Shown here in pieces: positions 36,161 through 51,342 of a DNA stretch of 64,000 nt (position 1 is the first letter of the stretch; the number at the start of each line of letters is the position of its first letter). Both the position numbers and the translations under genes were made by a program. Source of the DNA: Octopus sinensis (taxonomy: Eukaryota); contig NC_043018.1 in NCBI RefSeq assembly GCF_006345805.1, positions 21,452,001 to 21,516,000 on the forward strand, in the 5' to 3' direction. The notes under the pieces were generated by a model that had not been told where the DNA came from, did no database searches, and was given only the letters and a program-made list of their open reading frames with translations.

Positions 36161-37229
36161 TATATATATATGTGTGTGTGTGTGTGTGTTTGTATTTGTC
36201 CCCCTCCTAGCATCGCTTGACAACCGATGCTAGTGTTGTTGACATCCTCGTAACTTAGCAATTCAGCAAAAAAGATCGGTAGAATATGATCTCAAAGCTG
36301 TGCCCAGCATGGCCACAGGCTAACGACTGAAACAGTAAAAGATAACAGATATGAAGGTGCACTACCTAGTGATTACAGCAGGGCAGTGCACTTGCGATCG
36401 AAAGATCATGGGTTCAATTCCCGAGCCGGGTGGCACGTTGTGTTCTCATGCAAAAACACTTCATTTCACGTTGGTCCAGTCCACTTAACTGTAAATGGGT
36501 GGCCACATGACGGAATAGCCCTCCAATCAGGGGAAATGCTGTCTAGCCAGCAGGGCAGCATCATTCCAAAGGTAAAACGATGCAAAGCGCATTGTGACTA
36601 GCGATGTGCAACATCCGATAGTCCGGTCGATCACGTGGTGTGTGTATGTATGTATTATTAATAATCGGCTGTAATTAGAGACTCAAGTCGAGAGTTTTTG
36701 GTAGTGCTAACATACAAAATTCTCAGCACTTGACAAAAAGAAAAAGACTAGTTTCAAGGTGGTGCTCCAGCATGGCTGCAGTCTAATGACCGAAACGTTT
36801 TGAGACCTATTTTTTGTTTGCACCATCAAACCACAGTCGTTTTGGCAACATTTATAGCCCCCACCCACCACGAGCAGATGAAGGCATTGGGTCCTAAAGT
36901 ATTTATTTACCGACAGCAAGTCAGAGGAAACATAGATCAGAATTCGGCCCCTTAGACTTGTAGGGCTTCTGGGTAATGCTCCCTGTGACCCTGCCCTAAA
37001 ACGGTTCCGCACCAAATACACACACGTATTCCTTTACTTGTTTCAGCTGTTTGACTGCGGCCATGATGGAGCACCGCTTTGAAGGGTTTAAGTCGAACAA
37101 ATCAACCCCAGGACTTATTCTTTGTAAGCCTAGTACTTATTCTGTCGGTCCCTTTTGCCGAAACGCTAGCTTAAGGTGATGTACACACACCAACACCAGT
37201 TGTCAAGCGGTGATGGGTGGGGACACACA

Positions 37230-37332
37230 CATACATACATATGCATATATATATATACATATGCATATATATATATATATACATATGCATATATATATAT
37301 ATACATATGCATATATATATATATACATATGC

Positions 37333-37364
<32 letters not shown>

Positions 37365-37740
37365 ATATATATATATACATATGCATATATAATATATATT
37401 ATATATATATATATATTATATATATATATATACATATGCATATATATATATATAACATATGCATATATATATAATATATATATATATATATGCATATATA
37501 TATATATATATTATATATATATATATACACATATGCATATATATATATGCACATATATATACATATGCATATATATATATGCATATATATATATATATAT
37601 ATAATATATATATACATATGCATATATATATATATGCATATATATATATACATATGCTTATATATATATACATATATACACACACATATGCATATATATA
37701 TACACACACACACACACACATGCATATATATACATATGCC
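37230..37740. repeat. Compound (TA)n/CATATG microsatellite
   Basis: Direct inspection. Confidence 0.95.
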
Positions 37741-38232
37741 TCTCTCTCTTGGTCACTGCTTCTGTCCTCAGCCTTCCACCCTCCTTGGTCCCCTCTCTCT
37801 CTGTCCCTCTTTCCCTCTCTCTTACACCCTTCTCTCTCTTACCCTCTTGCGACTTGCTGCCTCAGCCATTCTGTTGCCATCGGCCGCTTGTTCAACATGT
37901 GTCTCCTCACCCAAAAAGTAATTATTTTTCCACGCTTGCTGATAAATTGTTTCTGTGTCTCCTTTTGTCTCAAAGCCGTAGGGCGCCTGTGTCATCCTTG
38001 TTTTTAACCGTTACTGTCCTCAAAGAAGTTTTTTTTCGTTTCATGTTCGTCTCTGTTGCGTTGCATTCTTTCCTTCTGGGGCTGGCTGATTCAGAGCGGA
38101 TCTCAGAATTAAACAGCCGAAATCTGCAAAGAGGAATCGGTTTCTGACTGAAGAACGAAGACTTTGAATGACCCATCTGTCTCTTATGTTCGTCCCTTCA
38201 TGTATTTCACGTTATTTATTTATGTAAAGGTT

Positions 38233-38283
<51 letters not shown>

Positions 38284-38302
38284 TGCATATATATACATAT
38301 GC

Positions 38303-38337
<35 letters not shown>

Positions 38338-38342
38338 ACACA

Positions 38343-38383
<41 letters not shown>

Positions 38384-38443
38384 GTTGCCATGATAGATCG
38401 TTAGCCACAGCACACATTTTTTTTCTCTCCTTGTTTTTTCTGT

Positions 38444-38485
38444 GTCCTTTTCTGTAGAAGAGCGTTGGCTCGAAACGTAAAAGAC
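38444..38485 (+). ncRNA. Second copy of the CUGUAGAA hammerhead-like motif
   Basis: Stem II GAGC/GCUC kept while the loop differs (GUUG vs GUAG); flanks match 6875-7035. Confidence 0.4.
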
Positions 38486-38929
38486 TTTTTCTATTCCTGA
38501 GCGTTATACTAATACATCTTTTTGTTTTGTACATCACCTGTCTGTTGTTTTTTCCATAAACTCTCCCTCTCTATATATATATAGGAGGGGCTTTTTTTCA
38601 GTTTCCGTCTATGAAATCCACTCACGAGGCTTTGGTCGGCCCAAGGCTGTAGTAACCGTTGCACAAGGTGCCATGCAGTGGGAATGAACCAGGAACCATG
38701 TGGTTGTATATAATATAATGTTTCTGTAATTTCTCCCCAACCACTGTTATAAGTTAGAAGGATGTAACTTAGCGGTCCGATAATAGACCAATTGAATAAA
38801 AAGCAGACTTTATTAACAAAATAACTACTCGGGTTAATTTGTCCGAGTAAAAAAGTCCTCAAGGCGTTGCCCCAGCATGGCCGCATCAAAAACTGAAGCA
38901 CGTAAAAAAGGTAAGTCGGGGCGAGTTGA

Positions 38930-39484
38930 ATTTAAATCAATGACATAACGTTAGTCGCCTTTCTATATTGGAGTACGGGATTCAAGCCTCTTCTCCTTAT
39001 CTCCTCAAAGACATACAGCATCTCGAAAGAGTCCAGAAGCTGGCTACCCGCATGGTTCATGGTCTCAAAAATTTGTCCTATGAAGAAAGGCTGAGGACGC
39101 TCGACCTTTATTCTCTTGAAAAACGCCGCCGCCGTGGTGATCTCATTCTTGCTCACAACATCATAAGCGGAAAGTGTAACCTATCGAAAGAGCTGTTCTT
39201 CACTCCTGCTCCAGAGCGTCGGCTGCGGGGTCATTCCAAAAAGCTCTACCTGCGACAATTTCATCTCAATCGAAGGAGAGGAGCTTTCTCCTTCCGGGTT
39301 GCGGATCCGTGGAACAAGCTGCCAGACGAGATGGTGAAGATGCCGACGACCGCTTTGTTCAAAGCTTCCCTTGACCTCAAGTGGCCTGAACTCTTTACAT
39401 GAACACCACCCTGTACTTAACTCCATGTCCCCCTACATGGCCTTGCTATTTGCTTTTGAGCCAAATTAACTAACTAACTAACTA
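38930..39484 (+). mobile_element. CR1 family a 3' fragment (longest copy)
   Basis: EYGIQASSPYLLKDIQHLERVQKLATRMVHGL...; open frame to the stop; (TAAC)n tail. Confidence 0.9.
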
Positions 39485-40495
39485 TGGCGTAACAAGACAG
39501 CTTCTACATGGTCACTGAGCATGCTAGAAATAGCAGCCAAATCTTACTCAAACCATAGCGGGCCGTCTGAGAAAACAAACATTCGCTAATTAGGTCAGTG
39601 TTTAACTATTATTGGGAAATAGCAAACAGTGGTCATAGCTGGAATGCCTTTGAGCATAGATAAATCTGCTCATGAAAACTAAGGGAAGTAAATCTTCCAC
39701 TAAGTGATTAGAGTTATTTCCCTTGTGTAAAAAAAAAAAAAAGCAAGCAAATGTATTAGTGGACAATAACGTCGTTAGTAGATAACGGGTTATTTTGGGG
39801 ATCATTACATTTTTGATGGCGAGAGTGATAAGGGAGTGTCCGTAACGCGATGCAGAACAAATAGATCGTTTGTGAAGTCACTGATTTTTCGGTTTTCACG
39901 GTTTCTTTTCGTTTTGCACACAGCAAATTACGTGTTTAGAAGTTTAAAATAAGAGAATGTTACCCTCACCGACATTTAAAAAATAAATTCTTTTTACATA
40001 TTTATGCAAAATATTTAACTGATAATTTACAAATTACTATTTTAATAAAATTCTTTTATTCACAAATTATTTCAAAAACAAAACAAATAACTGAGTTTAA
40101 TAATCATAATAAAAAGACCATTAAAATGTTCCTGAGTGCATCTCATGCTATTTTATAGAAAATATTTCTAATTTTACTCATTGCAATATATGCCACCTTT
40201 AGACATTTCAACAACAAACTTGTCTTAATATTTTACTGGAAACTTAGCTAACTTTTTTTTTTCTTCTTCTTTATTTTATTTATTTTTTTTTAATTGTTTT
40301 TGTTTGGTTTTGTTGTTTTCTCTTCTCAGCAAAATCTTAAAAGGTTGGTTTGATACTTCCAGATCACGACTCCAGAATTTCAGGAAAAGTTTGAAAAACA
40401 GACAAACAGATTTTATTGATAACAGCAGTTTCAATTTGGTATGAAATAAATTTACAATTGTTTTTGTTCATTATCTTTTTTATGCAGACACAGCC

Positions 40496-40533
<38 letters not shown>

Positions 40534-42440
40534 AATAAATTCCCCTCAAACGGTCTCACAAAAACTTACACGCAATCACACTAAAGTGGTACTTCCCGGA
40601 TACTTTATTGAATATTTACCAGAATCTTTCAGTGAACCCACAGTTAAAAAAAAAAAATATTGAGGGAAGATTTTTTTTTCTTTCCTTAAAAAAAAAAAAA
40701 AAAAAAGAGGGGAGAAAAAGACCCAACGTGGAGACAAAACCCACTCAAATTCTTCATTTTTGAAGCTATCACAACAACAATCAACTAATTTTTAAATAAT
40801 GTCACATCCACTTGAGTTTCAGTTTTTTTCTTTTTTTTTTTTTTTGTCAAATCTGAATTAAGGCATTACTTCTGCTGATGGAGCCCAAAGTGATGTAAGG
40901 GCTTTAAGGCTGTGCCATTGATAGCTTTGAGCAGAAAGATGAGGGAGATGAAGAACAATAATATTTTATTTTTAAAAATCTGAAATAAAACAACTGTTAG
41001 GGTAAGTCTAGTCTCATTTTATAATAACTTGCTATAATAATAATAATAATAATAATAATGGTTTCAAATTTTGGCACAAGGCCAGCAATTTTTGGGAAGG
41101 GGCTAAGTCAATTGTAGACCCCAGTGCTCCACTGGTAACTAATTCATTGACCCTCAAAGGATCAAACTCAGCACGTAAAGACATACGAAATGCTGCTAAA
41201 GACACACTAATGTGCTAACGATTCTACCAGCTCACCATCTTTCAGATTTTGGCAGACTGCCAACAATTTTAAGGGAAGAGGCAAGCCAACCACAATGTTT
41301 AACTGGAACTTTATTTTATCCATTCTGAAAGGATAAAAAGCAAAGTTGACCCATGGTCGGATCGTGAATCCTAAATATAGAAACAGAAGGAATGCTGCTG
41401 AGCATATCTGCTAGGTTGCAGCCTTTATTTCCAATAATAATAATTCTACGATAAGTACAAGCCCAAAACTTTGGAGGGAGAGGGTTAAACAATTACATCA
41501 AATCCCAAGTGTTTAATTAGTGCTTGTTTTATCAACCTCTGGAGGAACGAAAGGCAAAGTTGACCACGGCAGAATTTGAACTCAGAATGTCAAGACCTAA
41601 AAGAAATGACACTGAGCATTTTCCCCAGCATACTAACAATTATAACTTGTTGGACTAGATTAACAGGTCAGATTAAGCCAGAATTTATGCTAGAAAGAAA
41701 AGTAAATGGTCAACAATTTAAAGAAGTTTTCAGATTATGAAAACTTACCCAAGAATCTACACTGGAGGGTTTTGTTCCATTTATTAAATTTTTAACAAAA
41801 TCAGCAATGTAATTGGGGTGAGGGTGTTTGTATGTGGGGGGAAAAAATCATTTAGATTTAACCATTTTGTTACCATATTTATTTTGAGACGCTTTGTGTT
41901 TCTTTCAATTACTTTAAATATAACAAAGAATTTAGTAAAATAACTTGGTTATCATTAAGCTAGTGTTAGGAACATAAATTGTGGCTAAGGTTTGATGGAA
42001 GATTTTAATTCAAAACTTATGAAAGTAAAACATTTGTAGCCAGAGCCAGTTTCAGCCAGGTTGGTATCAAAAGAGTTAAGAATTGTTTCTCTATTATATA
42101 TTTTAACCTTTTTGCTACCATATTTCTGCTGAGATGCTCTGTGTTTCTTTCAATTACTTTAAATATAACAAAGAATTTAGTAAAATAACTTAGTTATCAT
42201 GAAGCTAGTGTTAGGAACATAAATTGTGGCTAAGGTTTGGTGGAAGATTTTAATTCAAAACTTATGAAAACAAGACATTTGTACTCAAGGCCAGAGTCGG
42301 TTTCAGCCAGGTTGGTAACGAAAGGGTTAATTTAATCTGTTGGTTTAAACCTAGGATCTTATTTGATGTGGACTCCATTCATTGATTTAACTCAGTAACT
42401 ACATCTTAATGTAACACTAGAGAGCTATGCAACTTAAAGA

Positions 42441-42477
<37 letters not shown>

Positions 42478-43941
42478 ATTAAGGTGTACTCAGTTAGGAA
42501 CATATTATTAGAGTACAAAATAAGGCTCATTCACACTTAGAATTACCAAATAGCCAGTAGTATTATGGTATACTTCCAATTCTAGGCTTAGGCATTCATC
42601 GTGTGTGAAAATGTTTACTAGATTCAAAATTGGATGTGTTAGCATCAAAGTGAAAGGTTTACTTACCTGAGGAGATGCAACTGGATCCTATTATACAGGT
42701 AAACTGTTGCTTAATTTAAATCTTGTATATATGTGGATCTATGTAGTGTTTATTAAATAGCTGTTTAAATGTACCCCTTCTTCTTGACTATATATATATA
42801 TTTCAAATTTTGGCACAGGGCCAGAAATTTTAGGGGAGGGGGCAAGTTGATTATATCAATCCCAGTGTTCAATTGGTATTTATTTTATTGACCCCAAAAA
42901 GATGAAAGGCAAAGCTGACCTCAGTAGAATTTGAACTTAGAACATAAACACAGGTGAAATGCTGTTAAGCATTTTGCCTGGCGTGCTAACGATTCTGCCA
43001 ATTTGCTGACTTATTTATTAATGGTTGTTTTTATGTGAGGGAGGGTTACAAATAAAAAAAAAAAAAAGCTTAATTGAAGGATCACTCCAATGCCTTTCAG
43101 TAGAATAACATATTTATTCCTGTTTTTTTTTTCTTTCTTTTCATACAAGGAAAACGGTTAATAGTTACTACGACAGCGATGAAGGCTACATTAACTGAAA
43201 ATTCGAAGTTACTGTCAACCTTTTCCTTGTAAAAATAACATAGATATAGAAAACCAGAATTCTCTGAAGAAATAACTGCAGAAACAGTAAGAGGAAGAAA
43301 AAAAATTCAATAAATAGAATGAGACACTCTAAGAGATAGAATTCAAAGAATTTAGAACAATGTTCTTAAAAATTGTTATCATTTTAATGTCCCTTTAAAA
43401 TGCTATCCCCTGAAAATATTGAAAAAACAAACACCCCTTCCTTCATGGAAACTGTTATCAGGCGTAAAAGAGACCATAGATGAGTGAAGAACTCTTAGAA
43501 AACAAAAGTTTGCAACACAGGTTCAATTCTTGAGTGAACCAATAACATTTGTTGGATGAGGGAGGGAGGGAGGGAGAGAGAAGCGGCATTTTAATTCATA
43601 TTGCATTGGACCAGTCACTGGTTCACTGTATTTCCAATGCCAGTGAGAGTGACAAGGGAGTGTTAACCTGATGCAGAACAAATATAACAAAGGATTTTCA
43701 GAAGCACTTTTTAAAAAAAATTTTCTTTTTTAGTTTTCTCAATGTCGATATCCTTTATCAATACACACTCTTGTACATACATATACACACTACAAATGTT
43801 AAATTAAGGTTATTATTTTAAAGCAAGTTTAAGATTAACAGAACATTTGTTGATGGTGTGACTACATACAGAGAGTAGTCAAATTTGTGAAGATCTAGTT
43901 GAGTGGGACTTCACACACGCTCTCTGATTGTCTATATAAAT

Positions 43942-43977
<36 letters not shown>

Positions 43978-44544
43978 GTGTGTACAAAATGCACACACAC
44001 ACACACACACACATATCTTTTCAGTACCAAATGTTGGAGAAAAAAAAACTACTTAATATCATTGTAGAAATTAATGTTACAGTTTAATCAAGTCAGTCTC
44101 CTGCTAACCTTAGTTCCACAACATGTCTGAGGACCCTGGGCACCCTCAGGAGAAACTCAGACTGACTCAAATCAAAATAAAAGTATTACATTTATATAAT
44201 AACCTCCACACACATGCACATACATACCTAAGCATCTCCATCCACCAAATGACACTGAGAAAGCCTTTGGTCAACCGAAGGCCATAGTGGGAGTCACAAG
44301 CTAAGGTGCCACAGGATGCCAACTTAACGACACCACCAAACCAGCACCAAAGACACAATATTTTACTTATATACACTTCACAACGTGTTCAGGTAGAAGA
44401 GGTTCCCTTCATCACCAGTGTTGGAGGGCCTTTGGCCTGGCGATCCGTCGGTTATGTCAAGTGTTCCTGTTGATACGATCAACAGAACAGCCTGCTTGTG
44501 CAATTAAAATGCAAGTACTCCAGACACACGGATCCTAAGCATAG

Positions 44545-44893
44545 TCTTTTTGTTTTTGTTTTTAGCACTTGTGCTGGTGGCAAGTGAAGCATTCGAGCGA
44601 GGTCGTCGCCAGTGCCGTTGAACTGGCTCCTGTGCAGGTGGCACATAAAAAGCACCATTTGGGCGTGGCCGTTGCCAATATCACCAAACTGGCCCTCATG
44701 CCGGTGGCACGTAAAAAGCACCCACTACACTCTCGGACTGGTTGGCATTAGGAAGGGCATCCAGCTGTAGAAACTCTGCCAGATCAGACTGGAGTCTGGC
44801 ACAGCCATCTGGTTCACCAGACCTCAGTCAAATCGTCCAACCCATGCTAGCATGGAAAGCGGACGTTAAATGATGACGACGATGATGATGATT
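44545..44893 (+). mobile_element. RTE 3' end
   Basis: Matches 13230-13552; (GAT)n tail. Confidence 0.82.
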
Positions 44894-45370
44894 CAGTGCA
44901 ACACCCAATGTGATATAGCTGGCCCATTTGAATTACAGGTACCACTCACTTTTGCCAGCTGAGTGGACTGGAGCAACATGAAATAAAGTGTCTTGCTCAA
45001 GGACACGACACACCACTGAGAATTGAACTTACAACCACAAGTTGAATACTCTAACCATTGAGCCATACTCCTCTCATAAAAAAAAGCTATAAAAAAAAGG
45101 CCCTATTCTTCTCCATGGGTAGGGATTAGATTATCAAAGAGAGGGCACAGTATTGATGTAAGCACCACCATGACCACCACCGCTAACAACATAAATTACC
45201 GAGTGGTTGATGAAGAAATGATAATGAGGACACTAGGAATGTCCTGCAGCTATAACGATAAAGCTGTGAATCACATACGGCCATGCTGGAGCATGGACAA
45301 TTAAATCTTACACCAACCAACAGCATTTATTAACAAAAGCAAAAATATTTTACAATGGCTGGAAAATAAC

Positions 45371-45413
<43 letters not shown>

Positions 45414-45576
45414 ACACACACACACACGTATAAATACATGTGTTTGTATATGCATACACATAGGTATGAAAATAAATATATAGAAATGTACATACATATA
45501 CAACGTGTGTGTGTGTGTATAGATACATGTGTGCATACATGTATATAGATACACATATGCTTATATGTGTGTGTGC

Positions 45577-45627
<51 letters not shown>

Positions 45628-47394
45628 AAATTTAAAAACAAAACATACAGGTGTAACAGAACAACAGGTAACAAACGGTTTGCTATTTGGTTGCTGATTG
45701 CCTACAGGTGAAAGCTGGTAGTGAAACTGTGCAGCAACGAGAGAAGGATGCATTTAGCATATGCAGTAAGTGTAAAGAGTGAAAGAGGAGGGGGAGAAAG
45801 GAGGGAAAGAAAGAAGCAACTATTGAAAGAGTTCCGACCATCTGTGGCAGTTTCTTAATGTTTGCCAATCAACAGGTAAGATAACAGGTGTGAAAACAGT
45901 TAATCCATAAATAACATGTTTAAAGAATGGCACTTTCTAGTAGTTAGTTACTGAAACTACCAAGAACAACAATAATAACAACAACGTTGTTTGATATTCC
46001 AGTTTATGTCGGGGTTTTGACAAACTGGTTCCAACAATTGAGAATATACAAGATTTTGGTTAACAAAAACATAACAGAAATGGAGGGGAAAAAAAATAAG
46101 ATAAAGAGGGGTAAAAATGGTTAACCTTTTAGCATTTAGATTACTCTGTGAAATGTAATGCTTAGATAAGGTTGACAGCAATATGAATAAATATTCATAT
46201 TGCTTTGAATTAACCATGAATTCCCTCCTTGCTGTGAGGGGCCAAATCTGGTCAGTTTGAACACAAAACATGTAGAATAGTTTGGCCAGATTATGGCCAG
46301 TTAAAATGCTGAAGGGTAAAATATTTGTGGGAGATATGTCAATTAGGGTTTAGTAGAGAAATGTGAGCTAATGAAGTAATTAATAGAGAGAGCTAATTTA
46401 ACAAATCTAACAGTGCAATTTAAGAGTCAAGAGAGAAGTTTCAAAGAATTTGATTGTTTTCCAGAGATTTGAATCAAGGCAAGCATTGTAGTTGTAGAAT
46501 TAGTGAGCGGTCAAAGGTGACCCAGATCTAATTAAAGGTTTTTGGCACTGATACCAGTCATTAAATGGGGGAGTAGGTTTTTTTTTTTTTTTTGGTTTTT
46601 TCTTTATATTTGTAACAAGTTGCGATTGAAGACAGAAGAAGACGCAGCTAAAAGACTTTGATGGATGGTGGAAAAAAAAAAATTTATTAACCAACAATTT
46701 TTGAAATGTTTCGTCATTTAAAATGACAATTACTATTTTTTTTTTTTTTTAAATATCAATAAACATTCTTTCTAACACAGAATAAGAAAATAAAATTAAT
46801 TTTGACATCTTTTTTGTTTGTTTTAGATTCAACTGTTGTTATTAATATCATCATCATCATTATTATTATTATTATTATTACCATCGTTATTCTCATATTT
46901 CTGAAAACTTCACAGCTTTCTTTAAAAAGTCACAATTTTTTGTTTTGTTAGATTTCATACTGTATAAAAAAGAGAATTAATAAATAACTTTAAAAAAAAA
47001 AAAAATCAGTCACTTTACTGTGAGAGAAAATATTTAAAAATTACAACCATTTTTTTTTTGTTTGTTTGTTTTACCTTCAAACTTTGTTTCAGACAAAAAA
47101 AAAAAAAAAAAAAAAAAAAGAAAGAAAGAGAGAGTTTTTTATAAGATAAAAGAACAAAATCCATGCTACTTTGATGCAGCTTGAGAGATTTGCAAAGTTG
47201 GTGGAGAAACGAAGAAAGAACTGAAGATGTCTGCAAGTAGGGGAAGGAGGGCTTGTACCACTTGGAGCAAGCAGAATATTTGTGGGGGGAAAATTTTGGT
47301 ACAGGGGGAAAGAGAGCAAGAAACACACCTGCAAGTTCACCCTGCATCACACAAGTTTTTGCATTCGTGAAAAATCTGTAACATGTGGTTTGCT

Positions 47395-47440
<46 letters not shown>

Positions 47441-47446
<6 letters not shown>

Positions 47447-47772
47447 GGAAATGAAGAAAATGCTGACAAAATAATTTAAGTAAGGGAGAGTGTGTATTTA
47501 ATTAGGTGAAAGTTCTTTTTACCGGTTGCGCATTTGTTATGCTTATCAAAAGATATTTTTTTTAAAAGAGATAGAGTTCCTTTCTTATAGATTTTTTTCT
47601 CTTATCTCATAAAAAAATCTATCAGAAAGGAACTCTATCTCTCTTAAAAAAATATCTTTTGATAAGCATAACAAATGCGCAACCGGTAAAAAGAACTTTC
47701 ACCTCATTAAATACACTCTCCCTTACTTAAATTATTTTGTCAGCATTTTCTTCATTTCCTTTTTTTTATATA
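47441..47772. repeat. Foldback (about 160-bp arms, 12-bp spacer) with a degenerate U3:A8 hammerhead in each arm
   Basis: 47651-47696: UUGAUAA-GCAU/AACAA/AUGC-GCAA-CCGG-UA; abuts (TA)n. Confidence 0.7.
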
Positions 47773-47801
47773 TCACAACTCGTGTTCCACATCTCCTTTT
47801 T

Positions 47802-47876
<75 letters not shown>

Positions 47877-48614
47877 TATGCATGTGTGTGTGAGTTTGTT
47901 GTTGAAGCAAGTTTAAGAATAACAAATGCACCAACACGGAGAGTAGTGTCAAATATATTGTAAAACTCATACAGACTGGGACTTTGAAGTTTGCCTGAAA
48001 GTTTACTTAACAGGCCAAACAAGCCCGCAGGCAAAACTTAAAAGTCCTAACCTAGACAACAGAAATTTAAAACCATTACACACACACAGAGCAGAGTGTA
48101 CAATGCAATAAAGTATTCCTCTGATGATCTGTTGGGTTTTCAGCATCCAATTGCAAGGGAACACCCAAGCAGCAGAGATTGCAAATAACCACAATGGTGA
48201 AACATATGTAGGGAATAAATGATGTCAGCTTGTGTGTGCGTGTACATAAAATAGTATCCTGTATGTATTAATGTGTATATACTATAGAAAGCTGGAAAAT
48301 TGTGGTGTTTGCCTTGAGAAAGCATTTCATATATACAAGATACTTTCTTGAGATGAATATCACAGTTTTGGGGGTTTCTACAGTATATATGCATTAAGTA
48401 AGATATACAGAATGCTACTTTGAGATAAGACTCCTTCCATAACGAATAACAAATACATACATGTGTGTGTGTGGTTAGATACTCGGAAACAGGGAGGGAG
48501 ACAGAAAGAAGTGTTCAAGTAAATAAGTAGGTGGCGCTGAAGTAGTTTATAGCTAAAGGGAGGAGGAGATGAAAAGAAGAGAAGAAAGATGGAGATGGAG
48601 AAAGAAGTCAAAAC

Positions 48615-48660
<46 letters not shown>

Positions 48661-49174
48661 CACACACAAAGAGAAAAAAAAAGGAGGCGAGATGTAACAT
48701 ATGAAAACCAAATCCTGAAGATATACAATCCAAAGGACAAAGACATGATTATTGCTTGTTGTCCTCCTGGGAGTTTTGTCTTCGGGGAATATGGTAAATA
48801 TCTCAGTGGGAAAAAAAACAAAAAAAAACAAAAATGAAACACAGAACCGGGTAACAGACATTTTCTGCTGTCAATTTTAAACAGGTTTTCTAAGAATTTA
48901 ACACACAGCAGACAACCATTGTTCCTCAGGCAGTTCCAGTTTTTTTTCTTTAACAAAAACAACAATAATAACAACAACAAATTCAGGAACATTTAATATC
49001 TACAGTGAAAGCAAGATTCTTCAGAGAAGCATGGACAGTTGGCAAGTCAGAAGATTTTTTTTCTCCAATATATGTGTGTGTGTGTATGTATGTATGTATA
49101 CATGCATACACATATATATATATACATACACACAGATATACATATATAAGTATATACATATATACACATAAATG

Positions 49175-49213
<39 letters not shown>

Positions 49214-49383
49214 GAATGCATATGTGCATTATGTATAACAATATGCATATATCTATATATAGCTATATACATGTATGCAAATTTATGCATGTACAAATGT
49301 ATGGGTACATAAATGTTTTCGTGTGTGTGTGTGTATATGTATAGACACATATGTACACATATATACACACAAATATGCATGTA

Positions 49384-49432
<49 letters not shown>

Positions 49433-49601
49433 AATACACAAAATACAAAACTTCTTTGGTACTCAAAGAAAACCTTTTCCTTTTTACAATACAGTAAAAT
49501 CATGTTTGTGTTTTTTAAAAAAAAGTTTTTATATTTCACCAAAATTTGAAAAAAAAAAACCCCAATTAAAAATGTCTGTATTTTTGTTTTTTTTTATCAT
49601 C

Positions 49602-51244
49602 TCAAATTTTACCCGGCTTAGCTGGATGGCATATGGCATCAGATTTGGTACTTTCTCTGTAACATTTCGAACATAAAGAATTTCTGTCAAGGCTTCCGTA
49701 GAACTCGCATCCTTTCGTCAGGCAATGAATTGGCGTGTTGGCGCCGTCCACCCCTGACACATACAACAAGCTGGTTTTGTTTGCGCAATCCATAACCGAT
49801 TCGGCCTGATTTAAGTTGTTCTTCTTAAAACTCAGGTAGTCCACGTTGTCATAGTCAGGAGATGGTGTACGACAGCAGGGTTGGTTGTTGTTGACCACTA
49901 TCGGCAAACCCCTCTCGTTCAACGCTAGTTGAGGCTGGACAGGTGTAAACTCACACGACGAAGAAACAGTAGTAGTACTAGTAGCCGCAGTGGTACTACT
50001 AGTAACTGTAGTAGTTGCGATAGATGTAGATGTAGTAGTAGAGGTAACAATAGTGATATCTTCATGTGAAGGTATGTTAGTCGACAACTGTTTCATCTCG
50101 CTGTTGAGGTCTGCATCCACGTCTTCTCCCCCGTAACTGTTGGTACTGCCGCCGCCGCCAGCCAAGAATTCCAGTGAAGAGGGACGTTGCTTGCCGAATG
50201 TTGCAGGCAGAGTCTGGGAGCCGCGCTGCTGCTCAGGCACACTCCTCGTTACCATGCCAACACTGGTTGTGGGAATAGTGTTACACCCCTTGTCCATGGC
50301 ACTGGTGAAGAACTTGGACTTGCTATGCGTCTGTGCGTACATGGGAGCCGGGATCTGCTCAGACCATTTTCCATGACAAGGGTATGTATTGTAAATACCA
50401 CCTACCTGACTTTTGCTTTTCTCCTGGTTCATCGCCTGCTGTTTTTGCTGAGAGTAACACTTAGAGCACAAATACGAGGTTTCCACAGTCCCGTACATAT
50501 TACAGTCCGTTGTAACACACTTGGTCGGTAAACAAGACCTCTCCCGACGGTTTACAGCACCGCGACCGAATCCTTCCTCTTCACGTTTCCGACGACTTTC
50601 AACCTCTTTCTCAAATCTTTTATTTGCATTGAATAAATAATTACGAATTAGTTCTTTTTGAACTGAAGTTTTGTTTGTTGACAGTTTGGCACATAGGACT
50701 TTGTCTCTCTCGAGAAACATGGCTATACTAATAGTTAGTTTCGTACTTTGAGTGACCCCACCCCCGACCGACGTTGGTCGACTCAACTTTTCACCGACTT
50801 CCGGGGGTAACAACTTCCCCGATTTACCAATGCTGAAGTTCTTTTTCAGTTTTTTCCCCATTGATTTACCGATGCTGCCAAACTGTTTGGCAACTGTTTG
50901 CATCTGTTGACTCATCCGTTTCTCCTTCAAGTCTTTCTTCTTCTCTTTCGCCGTCGTATTCCCCGACACTGAACCTCCACAGCTACTCACATCACTCTGA
51001 TCCGATTCGTGTGAGCCACAGGATTTCTGGTCCATACATTCAGTGTCTTCCAATTCATTAGGGTGGGTCATTGGCAACCAATCAAGCTCCAAATAGTTCT
51101 GTAGAAGCAGAAGTCGTTCATCTAAACCAAGTTCTGAAGGTTGAGGATTCTTTTCGTGCATCTTCCAGTTTATTTTATCCGTTGGATCATTCGGGAAGTG
51201 GATTGGGAGAAGTTCAAAATTAGGATCAACCAGAGGAATTGCAG
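49602..51244 (-). CDS. OTUD7B: OTUD7/Cezanne-like deubiquitinase, last coding exon (two A20-type zinc fingers)
   Basis: Acceptor ttttccag, phase 1; AIPLVD..FELLPIHF, VAKQFGSIGKSMGKKLKKN (Cezanne signature); two Cx4Cx11Cx2C fingers. Confidence 0.88.
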
Positions 51245-51342
51245 CTGGAAAAAAAGAAGAAAAAAAACCAATTAATCTTTCCAATTAAATTAATTAAATC
51301 GGTAGATTTAAACAACAAAATGTAATTCAATTTATCTGAAAA

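Noticed and set aside
45708-45765. Plus-strand exon-like segment (cag|GTGAAAGCT...TGCA|gtaagt)
   Set aside because: No partner exons or recognisable protein; lies antisense to the likely OTUD7 UTR
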